45,651 nucleotides of DNA from Patescibacteria group bacterium (GCA_015491245.1 WFWH01000021.1:1-45651); one strand, 5' to 3'. Positions 15,647-25,163 are shown, counted from the stretch's first letter. Notes: generated by a model not told the origin, from the sequence alone. Program-made: numbers and translations.

Positions 15647-18600
15647 CTACTTGAGGCGGGTAAACACTTCCTGATCCCACAGCGCGCGCTTGACGTACAG
15701 ATCGGGGTCGGCGCGGCCGGAGCGCAGCTGCTCCAGCGCGATCAACCCTTTGCGGGCGATGTTGTAGGCACCGACCGCATCACCGTTTTTAAGGTGCGCA
15801 TCTTCTGCGCGGGTGTCAAACCCGCAACGCGGGCACTGCAAAAAATCCACCTCCTCCTGCTCCTTCTCTCCCTCACGGTAGTGGTTGCGTATCTGCAATA
15901 AGGTGTTGAGGTAGTACACAAACGCCCGCCACGTGGCGGCGTCATCGCAGGCGAGCATTTCTTCCATCACGTTGTTGCCGCTCTGAATCGCCGTACCCAT
16001 GCCGGCCACCGCGCCGGAAAAGCCAGGCAGCGCCCCCTCCGGCGCCCCCGCGCCCACCACGCGGCGCAGGGCATCGGTCAGTGCGGCGGCGCTTATGGCA
16101 ACCGTCTTGCGGGTGGCCGCATCCCACCGCAGGCGATCCACGGCGCTGGTGAGGCGCACGGTGCCGCCGTCTTCTTCGCGACGATACGTAATGTGGATGG
16201 CGCCTTCCTCGCCGTACAATTCTTCTATCCTGCGCTCAACCTCTTTCTTAACTTGCTCCACTCCCCCGCCCCGGTAATTGAGATAGAGATCTTTCCGCCA
16301 ACCGCACTGCGGACACGTGGTGGAAGTGTAATCCGGGGATACGAAGAATACGATGCCGTGTTGCCCCTGCAATTTTTGCAGTGAGACGGTAGCGCGCTTA
16401 CCTTCCCGCAAACAAACCAGTTGCGGTGCGGAAAACGCATGGGGGTTTTCTTTGTCTATCACCAACTGTAGCTTTTCCAGCAGCGCTTTTTGGAATTGCT
16501 GGTATACGCTGCGCTCAAATTGCCCACCGCGCTTTTGCATAAAGCGAAAATGAAGGTTCTCCAACGCGATTACCGCATCATGCTCCAGCGCTTTTTGCAC
16601 GAGGAAATGCATCACGTGCGAAAGGTAGCCCGCTTTGAGTTTGGCGATGTTTTCCACCGCGCGCCACTGCTGTTTCGCCTCCTTGCGCTCCTGCGCGCGT
16701 GCCTCCAACAAGCGCGCGTAGTCGGCGCCTCCGATGGTGTTCAGGTCACCCCCCTCGCGATAGCGGCCGCGGGCATCGACCAGCGCCCAGTACAGCAAGT
16801 GTCTCTCGCCGCGATCAACGCCCAGCACCGCGCGCGGGATCTCCAAAAGTTTAACCCTGACTTCCTCATTGAATTCTTTGTGTTGACGCTCCTTGAGATG
16901 ATTATTGATTTTAACAGGAAAATGAAAGTGCAGTTTGCGCTCGTAGTAGCGATGTTGCTCGTACACCGGCTCATCGCCGCGGCGGGCCAGTTTGCCGCTC
17001 GCCAGCATTTTGGCATGCGGCTTGTCTTCACGGCGGTCGCGGAGGAAAATCTTTCCGCTGCCAGCCAGCATGAAGCGCAAAGGCACCTGCGACATATTCT
17101 CATCGGAGAAGAGCGTGCGGAAGAGAATGGTGTGGGTGTTGGGAGCGCCACATGCGCGGGTGCACAGGTCTTTGTTGCAGATGCGGAAGAGGAGTACCTT
17201 TCCCTCGCCGACCAAACGGTCCAGCAGCGCCACATCAAGGGGCTGCCACCACGCTTTGACGGCTTGCTGCCTGACGTCGCCGACAAACTCCTCGTAAGAG
17301 TCGTAGCGCTCTTTGAACGAGAAACTCAGTCCCGTGCCCCTCCTCTCGTGGTACTGTATCAGGCATTTCTTGTAGTACTCAATGAAAGTGTCAATGGCGT
17401 CCCCCACCACTTCACGTGCAAGTTTTTTTCCGTAACCGTATTTCTCAACTAGTGCAAACACCTCGGCGGGCAGATGCTTTCGCTTGTGCTCTCTCAAAAT
17501 CTTGTTTTCTCCTCCCTGCCTTGCGCCGGTCTTTCTCGTCGCCACGCCGTTTATCATCATCAGATTGGGAATATCTTTCGCGGGGTCGGCCATTATCTGC
17601 AGCATAAACATTTCCCACTCCGGTTTCCCGCCGCCGCGGTGCGCGGTAGGGGCGTTTTCGCAGAGCGCGCGGACGGCTGCGGCGCCGCTGAACACCGCAA
17701 GGTGCAGGGCGCCTTCCCCGTCTCTCACGAACAGCCCGAGGTTGTCACTCAGTTTGGTTTTGCTCCATCCTTCAAGAAAATTCGGTGAGAAATACACGCG
17801 CACCTCTTTGGGCACATCGGTCACCTTCGTCAGATAGTTGCGAATTTTGTTGAATGCTTTTTGTGGCCGCAGTTCCGCGATGCGGTGCTCCAACAGCCGC
17901 CACGCGTCATAAAATGCCGTGTCTTTGCTCTCCTCCGGAATAGCATCAAGCGCGTCTTCCTTTCCCTTATTGGTGCGGACACGGAAGGTGTGCTCTAGGC
18001 GCGCCAGCTCCACATACGCTTCCAAATATTCACGCCACGCCCGCACCATCGCTTCCCATGCTCCCTTGGCGGGACGGCGCTTTCGGGCAACCGCCGCGCG
18101 CAATTCCGCCACGGCATCGTCAAACTTTTTCTGAAGGGAGGGGAGCGGCTTAAAGGCGGCTTTGGCGCGATGATCCGCGTGCACCGAGCGCACCTCGCCG
18201 CCTGTGATGCGCGCCAAGGTGTTATAGCGCCACCGCGCCACAAAATCCTCCCAAGAAAGCGGCGCGCCGTCGCCGAGACGCCGCCATGCCGTACCGCTTT
18301 GCTCTACTAAATTGCGCAGTGCGCCTAATGTAGTGTAATCCTTGGAAATCGCCTTCTTGCCGCGAAAGAGGTCGTTTAGCGCCTGCCACTCGCTTAAAAT
18401 TTCTTGCGCCACTGCGCGCACCGTACTCTTGTGGAGGTAGATTTTTTCCTCTTGGTGCCCGCCGCGCTCAAGCTTTGCAAAGAAATCCTCAAAGAAACGG
18501 CGCGCCTGCGCCCACAGCAACGGCGCCTGTTCGGCAACATGCTCCAAAACTTCCAGCAGCGCTTGGTCGCTATCAATGTACTCCACGCGCAGCTCCCTCG

Positions 18601-19549
18601 GAGCGCCGATTTGCCGGTACAGCGGCACCAAGTGCGGCAGCGGGCGCTCATCTTTAGAGCGCGTTTGGTTGAAGTGGTTGATGCGCTGGTTAATGCCCTC
18701 CTCGGAAACTTCGCCCGCCTCGCCCCCTGCGCCGCCAATTTTTCGGTTGTACTCCTCAATGCCGCGGTAGCTGAGTACGCGATTGAACGCCCGAGGGGAA
18801 AACATCTCCACCTCGTCCGGCGCCAGCTTGAGCTCCTTCTGGCGAGGGCGAAGGTGTTGTTCAAACACAACGCAATTGCGGGCAAAAAAACCGAGGTTTT
18901 CAACAACACGGCGGGCTATCGTGCCGCTTTGAAGCTCTCCCTTGAAGTAATGCTCTCTGTTGAGCTTGAGGTCTTTCAATGCGGAAGAGAACTTTTCAAA
19001 AGCGGCGAGGTGACGGAGGAACTCTTGATTATCGGCATAGTGCCTTTTCAGCAGCGCAAAGATTTTTTCAGATTTGGCGAAGTCGTCAATGGTTGCCCCG
19101 TGTAATTTTTCGCTCCGGAAAGGCCCGGCGGCAGCGCCGGCGTTCTTTTTGCCGCCTCCTGTACCGAAAAAGGCACCGACCTTGCGGGCGATATCCTGCT
19201 CTAGTTTCCGCAATTCTCCAGCTAGCGCACGACGCCGCTTGGCGTCCGATGCGCGCGCCATATCTCGCCGCACCGCAAGGTATCTCTCAATGTCGTGCAA
19301 ATCCAAAGCGAGACGCTCCAGCGCGTCGTCAATAAAAACGGCGAGCAGCTCGTTCATTTTCTCCTTGAGATGCGGCCGCGCGGCATTGCGCTTCCGGTCT
19401 TCGGGAAAGATATCCCGCGCATCGCGCGCTTCCCAATTAATGTGCTGCGCGGTCGCCGCGGCGGGCTTAAGCTCAAACCGCAACGTTTTCGTCAACGGAA
19501 ATTTCTCATTGAAATCTTTAAAGCGTGGGTTCGCATCAGGAGACGGCAT
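15647..19549 (-). CDS. cas12a: Type V-A effector Cas12a (Cpf1), divergent, 1300 aa
   Basis: KTLRFELKP N-terminus, REC motifs (EYNRKIGG, GINQRIN, PLYRQI), FNKIRNYLTK, RuvC GVDRGE (D912), ALENL (E997), NGDAVGAYNIARKG (D1257), bridge helix, LQIRN; matching V-A repeat and cas4-cas1-cas2. Confidence 0.95.
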   Translation of the reverse strand: MPSPDANPRFKDFNEKFPLTKTLRFELKPAAATAQHINWEARDARDIFPEDRKRNAARPHLKEKMNELLAVFIDDALERLALDLHDIERYLAVRRDMARASDAKRRRALAGELRKLEQDIARKVGAFFGTGGGKKNAGAAAGPFRSEKLHGATIDDFAKSEKIFALLKRHYADNQEFLRHLAAFEKFSSALKDLKLNREHYFKGELQSGTIARRVVENLGFFARNCVVFEQHLRPRQKELKLAPDEVEMFSPRAFNRVLSYRGIEEYNRKIGGAGGEAGEVSEEGINQRINHFNQTRSKDERPLPHLVPLYRQIGAPRELRVEYIDSDQALLEVLEHVAEQAPLLWAQARRFFEDFFAKLERGGHQEEKIYLHKSTVRAVAQEILSEWQALNDLFRGKKAISKDYTTLGALRNLVEQSGTAWRRLGDGAPLSWEDFVARWRYNTLARITGGEVRSVHADHRAKAAFKPLPSLQKKFDDAVAELRAAVARKRRPAKGAWEAMVRAWREYLEAYVELARLEHTFRVRTNKGKEDALDAIPEESKDTAFYDAWRLLEHRIAELRPQKAFNKIRNYLTKVTDVPKEVRVYFSPNFLEGWSKTKLSDNLGLFVRDGEGALHLAVFSGAAAVRALCENAPTAHRGGGKPEWEMFMLQIMADPAKDIPNLMMINGVATRKTGARQGGENKILREHKRKHLPAEVFALVEKYGYGKKLAREVVGDAIDTFIEYYKKCLIQYHERRGTGLSFSFKERYDSYEEFVGDVRQQAVKAWWQPLDVALLDRLVGEGKVLLFRICNKDLCTRACGAPNTHTILFRTLFSDENMSQVPLRFMLAGSGKIFLRDRREDKPHAKMLASGKLARRGDEPVYEQHRYYERKLHFHFPVKINNHLKERQHKEFNEEVRVKLLEIPRAVLGVDRGERHLLYWALVDARGRYREGGDLNTIGGADYARLLEARAQERKEAKQQWRAVENIAKLKAGYLSHVMHFLVQKALEHDAVIALENLHFRFMQKRGGQFERSVYQQFQKALLEKLQLVIDKENPHAFSAPQLVCLREGKRATVSLQKLQGQHGIVFFVSPDYTSTTCPQCGWRKDLYLNYRGGGVEQVKKEVERRIEELYGEEGAIHITYRREEDGGTVRLTSAVDRLRWDAATRKTVAISAAALTDALRRVVGAGAPEGALPGFSGAVAGMGTAIQSGNNVMEEMLACDDAATWRAFVYYLNTLLQIRNHYREGEKEQEEVDFLQCPRCGFDTRAEDAHLKNGDAVGAYNIARKGLIALEQLRSGRADPDLYVKRALWDQEVFTRLK

Positions 19550-19619
19550 GGTGATAAGGAGATGTTATGAATAATGCGCCGCGCGGGAGTGAAACTGAAA
19601 ACCCCCCACAAGGCGGTGC

Positions 19620-19702
19620 GACCACGCACGAAAATGCCTCATGAGGGGATCTCAATCGTGCGTGGTCTTTCATACTATACCCCCTTCCGTTACTATCATC
19701 AA
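19620..19702 (-). promoter_or_regulatory. Putative cas12a promoter with a 5'-UTR hairpin
   Basis: TTGATG (19697-19702)-17 bp-TATAGT (19674-19679); 12-bp perfect inverted repeat GACCACGCACGA/TCGTGCGTGGTC at 19620-19631/19656-19667. Confidence 0.55.
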
Positions 19703-19892
19703 GAGGAGGCGCATTCGTTTTTACCAAGGTGATTAAAAAGAGTAGGGTAGCATCGGGACCGCCTCCCAGAAACAAACGGAGGCGAACGGCGCTCCCGCTC
19801 TCTTTTTCATTAGGCACGATACGCACACGTCGGTGCCGCACGGAAGCCATCCATACAGGGAGCATCTCTGTGGGCGAGAAAATTCTCTCTTG

Positions 19893-21296
19893 TTAGCGAC
19901 TTTGCGCGGGGAATGCGGGAAGGTTGCCATCCTCGTAGATAACCGGCTCCTCTTTTTGCCATTGCTCCAACACCGGCATCAAAAAGCGCCACGAGTATTC
20001 TACCTCCTTGCTGGAGAGGAAGAGCGTCTGGTTGCCCTCAATGATGTCTAGCAGAAGCTTTTCATAGGCGTCATGCATGCGGTAGCGCCCGGTGGGTACG
20101 AAGGGGAACTCCACGTACCGCTCTTCTATCTCCATGCCGTAAGAGGGCTTGCGCGCCCACAGGCGCAAACCGGTCGCCGGATCCGGCTGGATGCGGAAGC
20201 GCAAGAGGTTGCGGCGCGCACCTGAGAGATTTTCAGGGCACATGCAAGAGGGTATTTCTTTGAAGTGCAACACTATTTCAGAAAGGGTTTGCCCTGCTTT
20301 TTTCCCTGACTCCAATACCACCGGCGTTCCCCGCCACCGGGAGTTGTCGAGTTCCGCTTCCAGTAAAAAATACGTTTCCGTATTGGAATCGCACGGCACA
20401 TGGTCTTCCGTGCGGTACGAAGCGTACTGCCCCTTTACGCGGCGCCCGCCTTTGCGCAGGCGCAGCGCCGCCATCACCTCGGCGCGGCGCGCGCGCACCG
20501 CCCCTGCTTCATACGCGCCCGGATCCTCCATAGCAATGAGTGCGAGCATCTGCAAGAGATGGTTTTGCCCCACATCGCGCAGCTGCCCTACTCCGTCGTA
20601 GAACGCACCCCTTCCGTCCATGCCGCGCGATTCCAAAATGCGCACCTCTATGCGCGCCACGTAGTTGCGGTTCCATATTGGCTCAAATATGCTGTTGGCA
20701 AAACGGAATGCGAGAATGTTCTCCAGCGCCGACTTTCCCAGGTAGTGGTCAATGCGGAAAATCTGCTCTTCTTTAAAGAGGAGCGAGAGCTTGCGCTCCA
20801 GTGCTTGTGCCGTATGCAGGTCTTCCCCAAACGGCTTCTCAACCACCAAGCGCGTCCACCCCGCGCCACCGCCTACACACCCTACCGACAGCCCGCTGTC
20901 GGCGAGATTTTGGAAGAGGGGGTCGTAAAAACGTGGCGGCACGGCAAGGTAAAAGAGTTTGTTGGTACAGGCTCCCACAGCGCGATCTTGCGCAGCGAGA
21001 AAGGCCGAGAGCGTGCCGTAGGATTTGGGATCGGTAAAATCACCCGCCACATATTCCGCGCGCGCCACAAATGCCGCCACCTCCTCCGGGTGCGTATGAG
21101 AGTGCGCATCCAAAGCGCTGCGTACCATGCGCCGAAATGCTTCCGTGCTAAGCGCCGATTTGGCAAACCCCACTATACGGTACTCGGCGGGGAGGTGCCC
21201 CGCGCAGTGCAAATCCAGCAGCGCGGGAAACAGCTTGCGCCTTGCAAGATCGCCGGTTGCCCCGAAGATAACCAATGTGAGCGGAGTATGATTCAT
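19893..21296 (-). CDS. zwf: Glucose-6-phosphate dehydrogenase
   Basis: IFGATGDLARRKLFPAL, EKPFG, RIDHYLGK, RDVGQNHLLQ, AYEKLL. Confidence 0.97.
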   Translation of the reverse strand: MNHTPLTLVIFGATGDLARRKLFPALLDLHCAGHLPAEYRIVGFAKSALSTEAFRRMVRSALDAHSHTHPEEVAAFVARAEYVAGDFTDPKSYGTLSAFLAAQDRAVGACTNKLFYLAVPPRFYDPLFQNLADSGLSVGCVGGGAGWTRLVVEKPFGEDLHTAQALERKLSLLFKEEQIFRIDHYLGKSALENILAFRFANSIFEPIWNRNYVARIEVRILESRGMDGRGAFYDGVGQLRDVGQNHLLQMLALIAMEDPGAYEAGAVRARRAEVMAALRLRKGGRRVKGQYASYRTEDHVPCDSNTETYFLLEAELDNSRWRGTPVVLESGKKAGQTLSEIVLHFKEIPSCMCPENLSGARRNLLRFRIQPDPATGLRLWARKPSYGMEIEERYVEFPFVPTGRYRMHDAYEKLLLDIIEGNQTLFLSSKEVEYSWRFLMPVLEQWQKEEPVIYEDGNLPAFPAQSR

Positions 21297-21310
21297 GGTA
21301 CCGTTACGTG

Positions 21311-23179
21311 TTATTCTTGATGCGCTGCCGGAGACGCCTCTCCTCCTTTGGTTGAGCGTTCCCGCAAAAGACGATCTAGTAAAAATGCGCTGTTAATAAG
21401 GCCTATATGCGTATACGCTTGGGGAAAATTGCCCAAAAATTCCTTGGTGCGCGGATGCATCTCCTCGGCATAGAGGCCGACATGGTTGGCGTAGGAGAGC
21501 AAGGTTTCAAAGACCGATACGGCGCGGGGGAGCTCGCCGGCAAGCGCGAGCGCATCTACATACCAAAATGATGAGAGCAAAAATGCGCCTTCCTCCTCCT
21601 CCATGCCATCAAAAGAGGTGTAGCGGCGCACCAGCACGCCGTCTTCGCCGCACACAAGCTCGCGCTCAATCGCACGTACGGTCGCTTTCATTTTAGGATC
21701 GTCCCCCTTAAGGAATCCCATCACGGGCATGAGCAGGAGCGCCGCATCCAAATCCTCTTCCCCCAGCGCCTGTGTGAAGGATTGCTTGCGCGCACTCCAC
21801 CCCTCGCGGCATATCGCCTCGCGTATGCGGCGGCGCTCAGCGCGCCACGTGTCGGTGTCTCCCTCAAACCCGAAGTGTTCCGCAAGGCGTATCGCCCGAT
21901 CCAGCGCCACCCAATTCATCAGCGCCGAATAGGTGAAACGCTTCTTGCCGCCGCGCACCTCCCACAGGCCCTCATCCGGCTCACGCCATATCACGCACAC
22001 GTAATCGGCAAGGTCGCGCAGTACGCGCCAGCGGTGCCGATCAATGGAGTTACCGGAAAGCCGGTGCAGCGTATAGGCGACATTGAGTACGCTCCCGTAC
22101 ACATCCCACTGCTTTTGGTCATGCGCAGCGTTTCCGATGCGCACCGGCCGTGAATTGCGGTACCCTGAGAGGTGGTTCAGCCGCTCCTCGTGCAAATCCA
22201 CCTCCCCGCGCAAACCATACATGATTTTCAGGTGTTCCGGCCCCTCCATGGTGCAAATGTTAACGAGCCAATTCAGGTAGCGCTCTGCTTCGGTAACATG
22301 CCCCAACTTGAAAAACGACTCCAACAAAAACGAGGAGTCCCGCAGCCACGTAAAGCGGTAATCCCAATTGCGCGCCCCGCCAATCCACTCGGGCAGCGAG
22401 GTGGTGGGTGCGGCAGCAATGGTGCCTACCGGCTCAAAAAATAGCGCCTTGAGCACCAGTTTGGAGCGTATGAGCGCATCGCGCCACCGCTCGGGCAGTG
22501 CGCAAGTACCCGTCTCGCACGTGCGGCACCAGCGGCGGTGCTTTTGTATCGTCTCGTTCAATTCGCGCTCATGGTGTTCGTAGTTATCTTTCATCAAGTC
22601 CACCTCGCCCGTGTTGTAGCGGAACACGAAAAACTCATCACGTCCCGCCTTGAGGGAGAACACGCACTCTGCCACCCCCTCTGCCACAGAGAACTCTTGG
22701 CCGCTGACCAACACACCCCGCATGTGTCCATGCTCAGCGCGCACGCCGCCTGCTATTTTGTACAGGCGTGTGGTGCCGCGCGCGTAATCAAACCGCGGCG
22801 CAAAACGCACCGCAATGGTGCACTCCCCTTTCCTGCAGGTAACGCGCCGCTTAATTTTAAACGTGGTATCTTCCTCGGGCGGCACATAGTGGCGCTCTTT
22901 TTCCAGAGGGAGAAAATCGGTAACGTCCCATACCCCGCGCGCCGTGGTGAATTCGGTTACCAAGATGTTGGTCTCCTCTATATAGTACTGGCGCACGCGG
23001 TAATTCTCACAGGGGCGTATGGACCAAAAGCCGCCACGCGCCTCATCCAGTAGGGCCGCAAAAACAGTGGGAGAATCCACAAACGGTGCGGGTGCCCAAT
23101 CAATGCTGCCATGTTTGCTCACCAGCACCGCCGAGCGGCGATTACCAATGAGCGCATAATCACGAATAGGGGTATACAT
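21311..23179 (-). CDS. Glycoside hydrolase family 15 (trehalase/glucoamylase-like)
   Basis: DYALIGN, AAPTTSLPE..GG.RNWDYRFTWLRD, PDEGLWEVRG, LYAEE, GNFPQAYTH. Confidence 0.93.
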   Translation of the reverse strand: MYTPIRDYALIGNRRSAVLVSKHGSIDWAPAPFVDSPTVFAALLDEARGGFWSIRPCENYRVRQYYIEETNILVTEFTTARGVWDVTDFLPLEKERHYVPPEEDTTFKIKRRVTCRKGECTIAVRFAPRFDYARGTTRLYKIAGGVRAEHGHMRGVLVSGQEFSVAEGVAECVFSLKAGRDEFFVFRYNTGEVDLMKDNYEHHERELNETIQKHRRWCRTCETGTCALPERWRDALIRSKLVLKALFFEPVGTIAAAPTTSLPEWIGGARNWDYRFTWLRDSSFLLESFFKLGHVTEAERYLNWLVNICTMEGPEHLKIMYGLRGEVDLHEERLNHLSGYRNSRPVRIGNAAHDQKQWDVYGSVLNVAYTLHRLSGNSIDRHRWRVLRDLADYVCVIWREPDEGLWEVRGGKKRFTYSALMNWVALDRAIRLAEHFGFEGDTDTWRAERRRIREAICREGWSARKQSFTQALGEEDLDAALLLMPVMGFLKGDDPKMKATVRAIERELVCGEDGVLVRRYTSFDGMEEEEGAFLLSSFWYVDALALAGELPRAVSVFETLLSYANHVGLYAEEMHPRTKEFLGNFPQAYTHIGLINSAFLLDRLLRERSTKGGEASPAAHQE

Positions 23180-23286
23180 GCGCGTGCAAAGGTGCGCGGC
23201 GCCGCGTACAGCGCTCCGCGCCGTTTATAATCCAAGTATAGAAAAAAACACCCGTGCAATATCGTTGTGCGTGTGCATAATCCAAA

Positions 23287-23904
23287 CTAGCGCGGCGCTT
23301 CAACCTGCGGAAAACCCTCCGGAACGGGATACTGCGCAAACTCCGGCAGGAGCGGCCGCCCGTAGAAGAGGCGATGAATGACCTCGGCATGGGAGAGTGC
23401 ACCCGTCAGCGCATTGTGCGGCTCCGGCTCATCGGGGATGCCCACATAGTTGAGAACCGCGTCCAAGTTAAGCGCCGAGCGGCGGTGTTCCTCGTCAAAC
23501 GGCGGCGTGATGCCGCGCAGCGCCATGTGCAGGTAGGCCATACTGTGGGTATCCAGGGTGCGGTACGCGAAGGGGAATTCTTCACCCCACCGCAGGCAGG
23601 CGGCCTTGATGAAATCACGGTCGAAAGAAACGTTCTGCCCTGCGAGTGTGCGGTCACGCACCCCTTCCGCCCATGCGAGAAAATTGCGCAGGAGCTCCTC
23701 CTCGCTCATTTTGTTCGGATCGGTCACCTCCTCACGGGAAAACCCGTTGACCGCCAGCGCATCGTCATCTATGTGCGCGCCGTCCCACACACGGCACTCC
23801 AGATACAAGCGGTTGTCCGGGTGCTCCAGGTCTAATGCGCCCAGTGAGACGATGGAATGCTTGGCGTAATCGGTCCCTGAGGCCTCTATGTCCACGACTA
23901 GCAT
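23287..23904 (-). CDS. DEDDh 3'-5' exonuclease (DnaQ / RNase T-like)
   Basis: VVDIEASG, GQNVSFD, LDT, HNALTGA; the last conserved Asp appears replaced by Gly. Confidence 0.85.
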   Translation of the reverse strand: MLVVDIEASGTDYAKHSIVSLGALDLEHPDNRLYLECRVWDGAHIDDDALAVNGFSREEVTDPNKMSEEELLRNFLAWAEGVRDRTLAGQNVSFDRDFIKAACLRWGEEFPFAYRTLDTHSMAYLHMALRGITPPFDEEHRRSALNLDAVLNYVGIPDEPEPHNALTGALSHAEVIHRLFYGRPLLPEFAQYPVPEGFPQVEAPR

Positions 23905-23952
23905 GCAGGCAAGTATACTCCTCCTCAAAGAAAAAACACAAGGGTGCGGCGC

Positions 23953-24258
23953 TCACAGCCACTCGCGCGCTTTGCGCCGCATGCGGGAGAAGGTGCGGGC
24001 AATGCGGGGGTGCCGCCGCTCCCCCGCGCGCAGCAGCGCATCAAACCACGACGAGGTAAAAGAGAGAAGAAACACACCCAAAAAAAGGAAGAGCGCCCCC
24101 TGCAAAAAGGGGAGCACCAGGCCAGGTATGCCCAGTGCCACAAACGCGGCACCCAACAGGCGCGCGCGGCGCTTTTGCCGGGGGGAGAGCGAAGGCAACG
24201 CCTCGCCGGTACCACTCTTCGCGCGTTTCGTGGCTTTTGTGGGAGGTTCGGGGTGCAT
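23953..24258 (-). CDS. Small membrane protein (DUF454/PGPGW-like)
   Basis: LGIPGLVLPFLQG..F...G..LLS hydrophobic hairpin; ATG 24258 lies behind TGGTACAAT. Confidence 0.65.
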   Translation of the reverse strand: MHPEPPTKATKRAKSGTGEALPSLSPRQKRRARLLGAAFVALGIPGLVLPFLQGALFLFLGVFLLSFTSSWFDALLRAGERRHPRIARTFSRMRRKAREWL

Positions 24259-24285
24259 GCCGCGCCATTGTACCACAAGGTACGT

Positions 24286-24678
24286 TTACTCAGGAGAGAT
24301 GCCTGGGCAATTTGCCGCAGGGCGATAGCCCGCGCGCTTCGCCTCTTCCGCTGAGGCGAACCAGCGGCGGTTTTCCTCTTTGATGCGCGCTGCGCCTGCG
24401 CACCACGGCAGGTGGTACACCGACCCATTCACCGAGCCGACGACCCTGCCTGCGGGCACCCGTGTACTCCCTCCCATTTCCTCCACCGCGGGCGCTGAGG
24501 ACGCAGCAGACACCGCTTCTGCCCATGGCGCACGCGCCACCTCGAGAGGGGGCGGCGGCGTGGCGCGCAGAGAGAGGCGCCCCAGCGCAAAACCACCCAC
24601 CCCCACCGCGACAATAATGAGCGCGGTGCCGAAGTCCTGCACCTTGTCAGAGCGCAAAAACTCTGCTATATTACGCAT
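24286..24678 (-). CDS. Membrane-anchored protein with C-terminal Ada-metal-binding-like domain
   Basis: TM helix, then GSVYHLPWC....I...N..WF.S.EEA..AGYRPA.NC; GGAGG site before ATG 24678. Confidence 0.75.
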   Translation of the reverse strand: MRNIAEFLRSDKVQDFGTALIIVAVGVGGFALGRLSLRATPPPPLEVARAPWAEAVSAASSAPAVEEMGGSTRVPAGRVVGSVNGSVYHLPWCAGAARIKEENRRWFASAEEAKRAGYRPAANCPGISPE

Positions 24679-24749
24679 TGTCCTCCATTGTCTCCAAAAC
24701 ATCGGTATCAAGCAAGGATAGTGGGAGGGGCACCTAACCATTAGCATTT

Positions 24750-25046
24750 ATGGCACACAGAAAAGCAGGAGGGAGCGCGCGCAGTTTGCGCGACTCCAAG
24801 CCTAAATACCTCGGCACCAAACTCTACGACGGCGAGCGCGCCAAGGCAGGTTCCGTGATTGTGCGCCAACGCGGCTCTAGGATTCTTGCGGGCAAAAACG
24901 TCGGCACCGGGAGAGACTACACGCTCTTTGCGCTTGCCGAGGGCGTGGTGCGCTTTCGCGAGATGCGCAAAACGCGCTTTAACGGTACCACGGTTAAAAA
25001 AAAGGTAGTAGATGTGGTGCCGCATGCGGAAGGTTCCCCGTCATAA
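24750..25046 (+). CDS. rpmA: 50S ribosomal protein L27
   Basis: MAHRKAGGS...[26 protein letters not shown]. Confidence 0.97.
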   Translation: MAHRKAGGSARSLRDSKPKYLGTKLYDGERAKAGSVIVRQRGSRILAGKNVGTGRDYTLFALAEGVVRFREMRKTRFNGTTVKKKVVDVVPHAEGSPS

Positions 25047-25103
25047 AATTGACCAATACGGCTTCCTCGCGCGTATCTTTGATAATCGGAAAAGGAAAAA
25101 AGC

Positions 25104-25138
25104 AAAAGTCGCCGCTCTTTAAAAGAACGGCGATTTTT
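25104..25138. terminator. Bidirectional terminator between convergent rpmA and rplI
   Basis: AAAAGTCGCCG...CGGCGATTTTT stem with A/T tails on both sides. Confidence 0.65.
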
Positions 25139-25163
25139 GCATTAACACCCTTGCGGTCAGAAA

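Noticed and set aside
15647-19549. Effector could be Cas12a2 (RNA-triggered) because of the zinc ribbon and the RNA-complementary spacer
   Set aside because: It has Cas12a REC motifs, a bridge helix and a full Nuc-size segment, and lacks the large insertion after RuvC-I seen in Cas12a2
19695-19709. Trailer-derived guide (TCAAGAG...) matches 7 nt over the putative cas12a -35 box, suggesting CreR-like autorepression
   Set aside because: Only 7 contiguous nt, the flank is ATCA rather than a T-rich PAM, and the trailer repeat stem is broken; compatible with chance unless the PAM proves relaxed
11641-19892. CRISPR island as a transposon or CAST
   Set aside because: No transposase/integrase, terminal repeats or target duplication found, and the RuvC triad is intact
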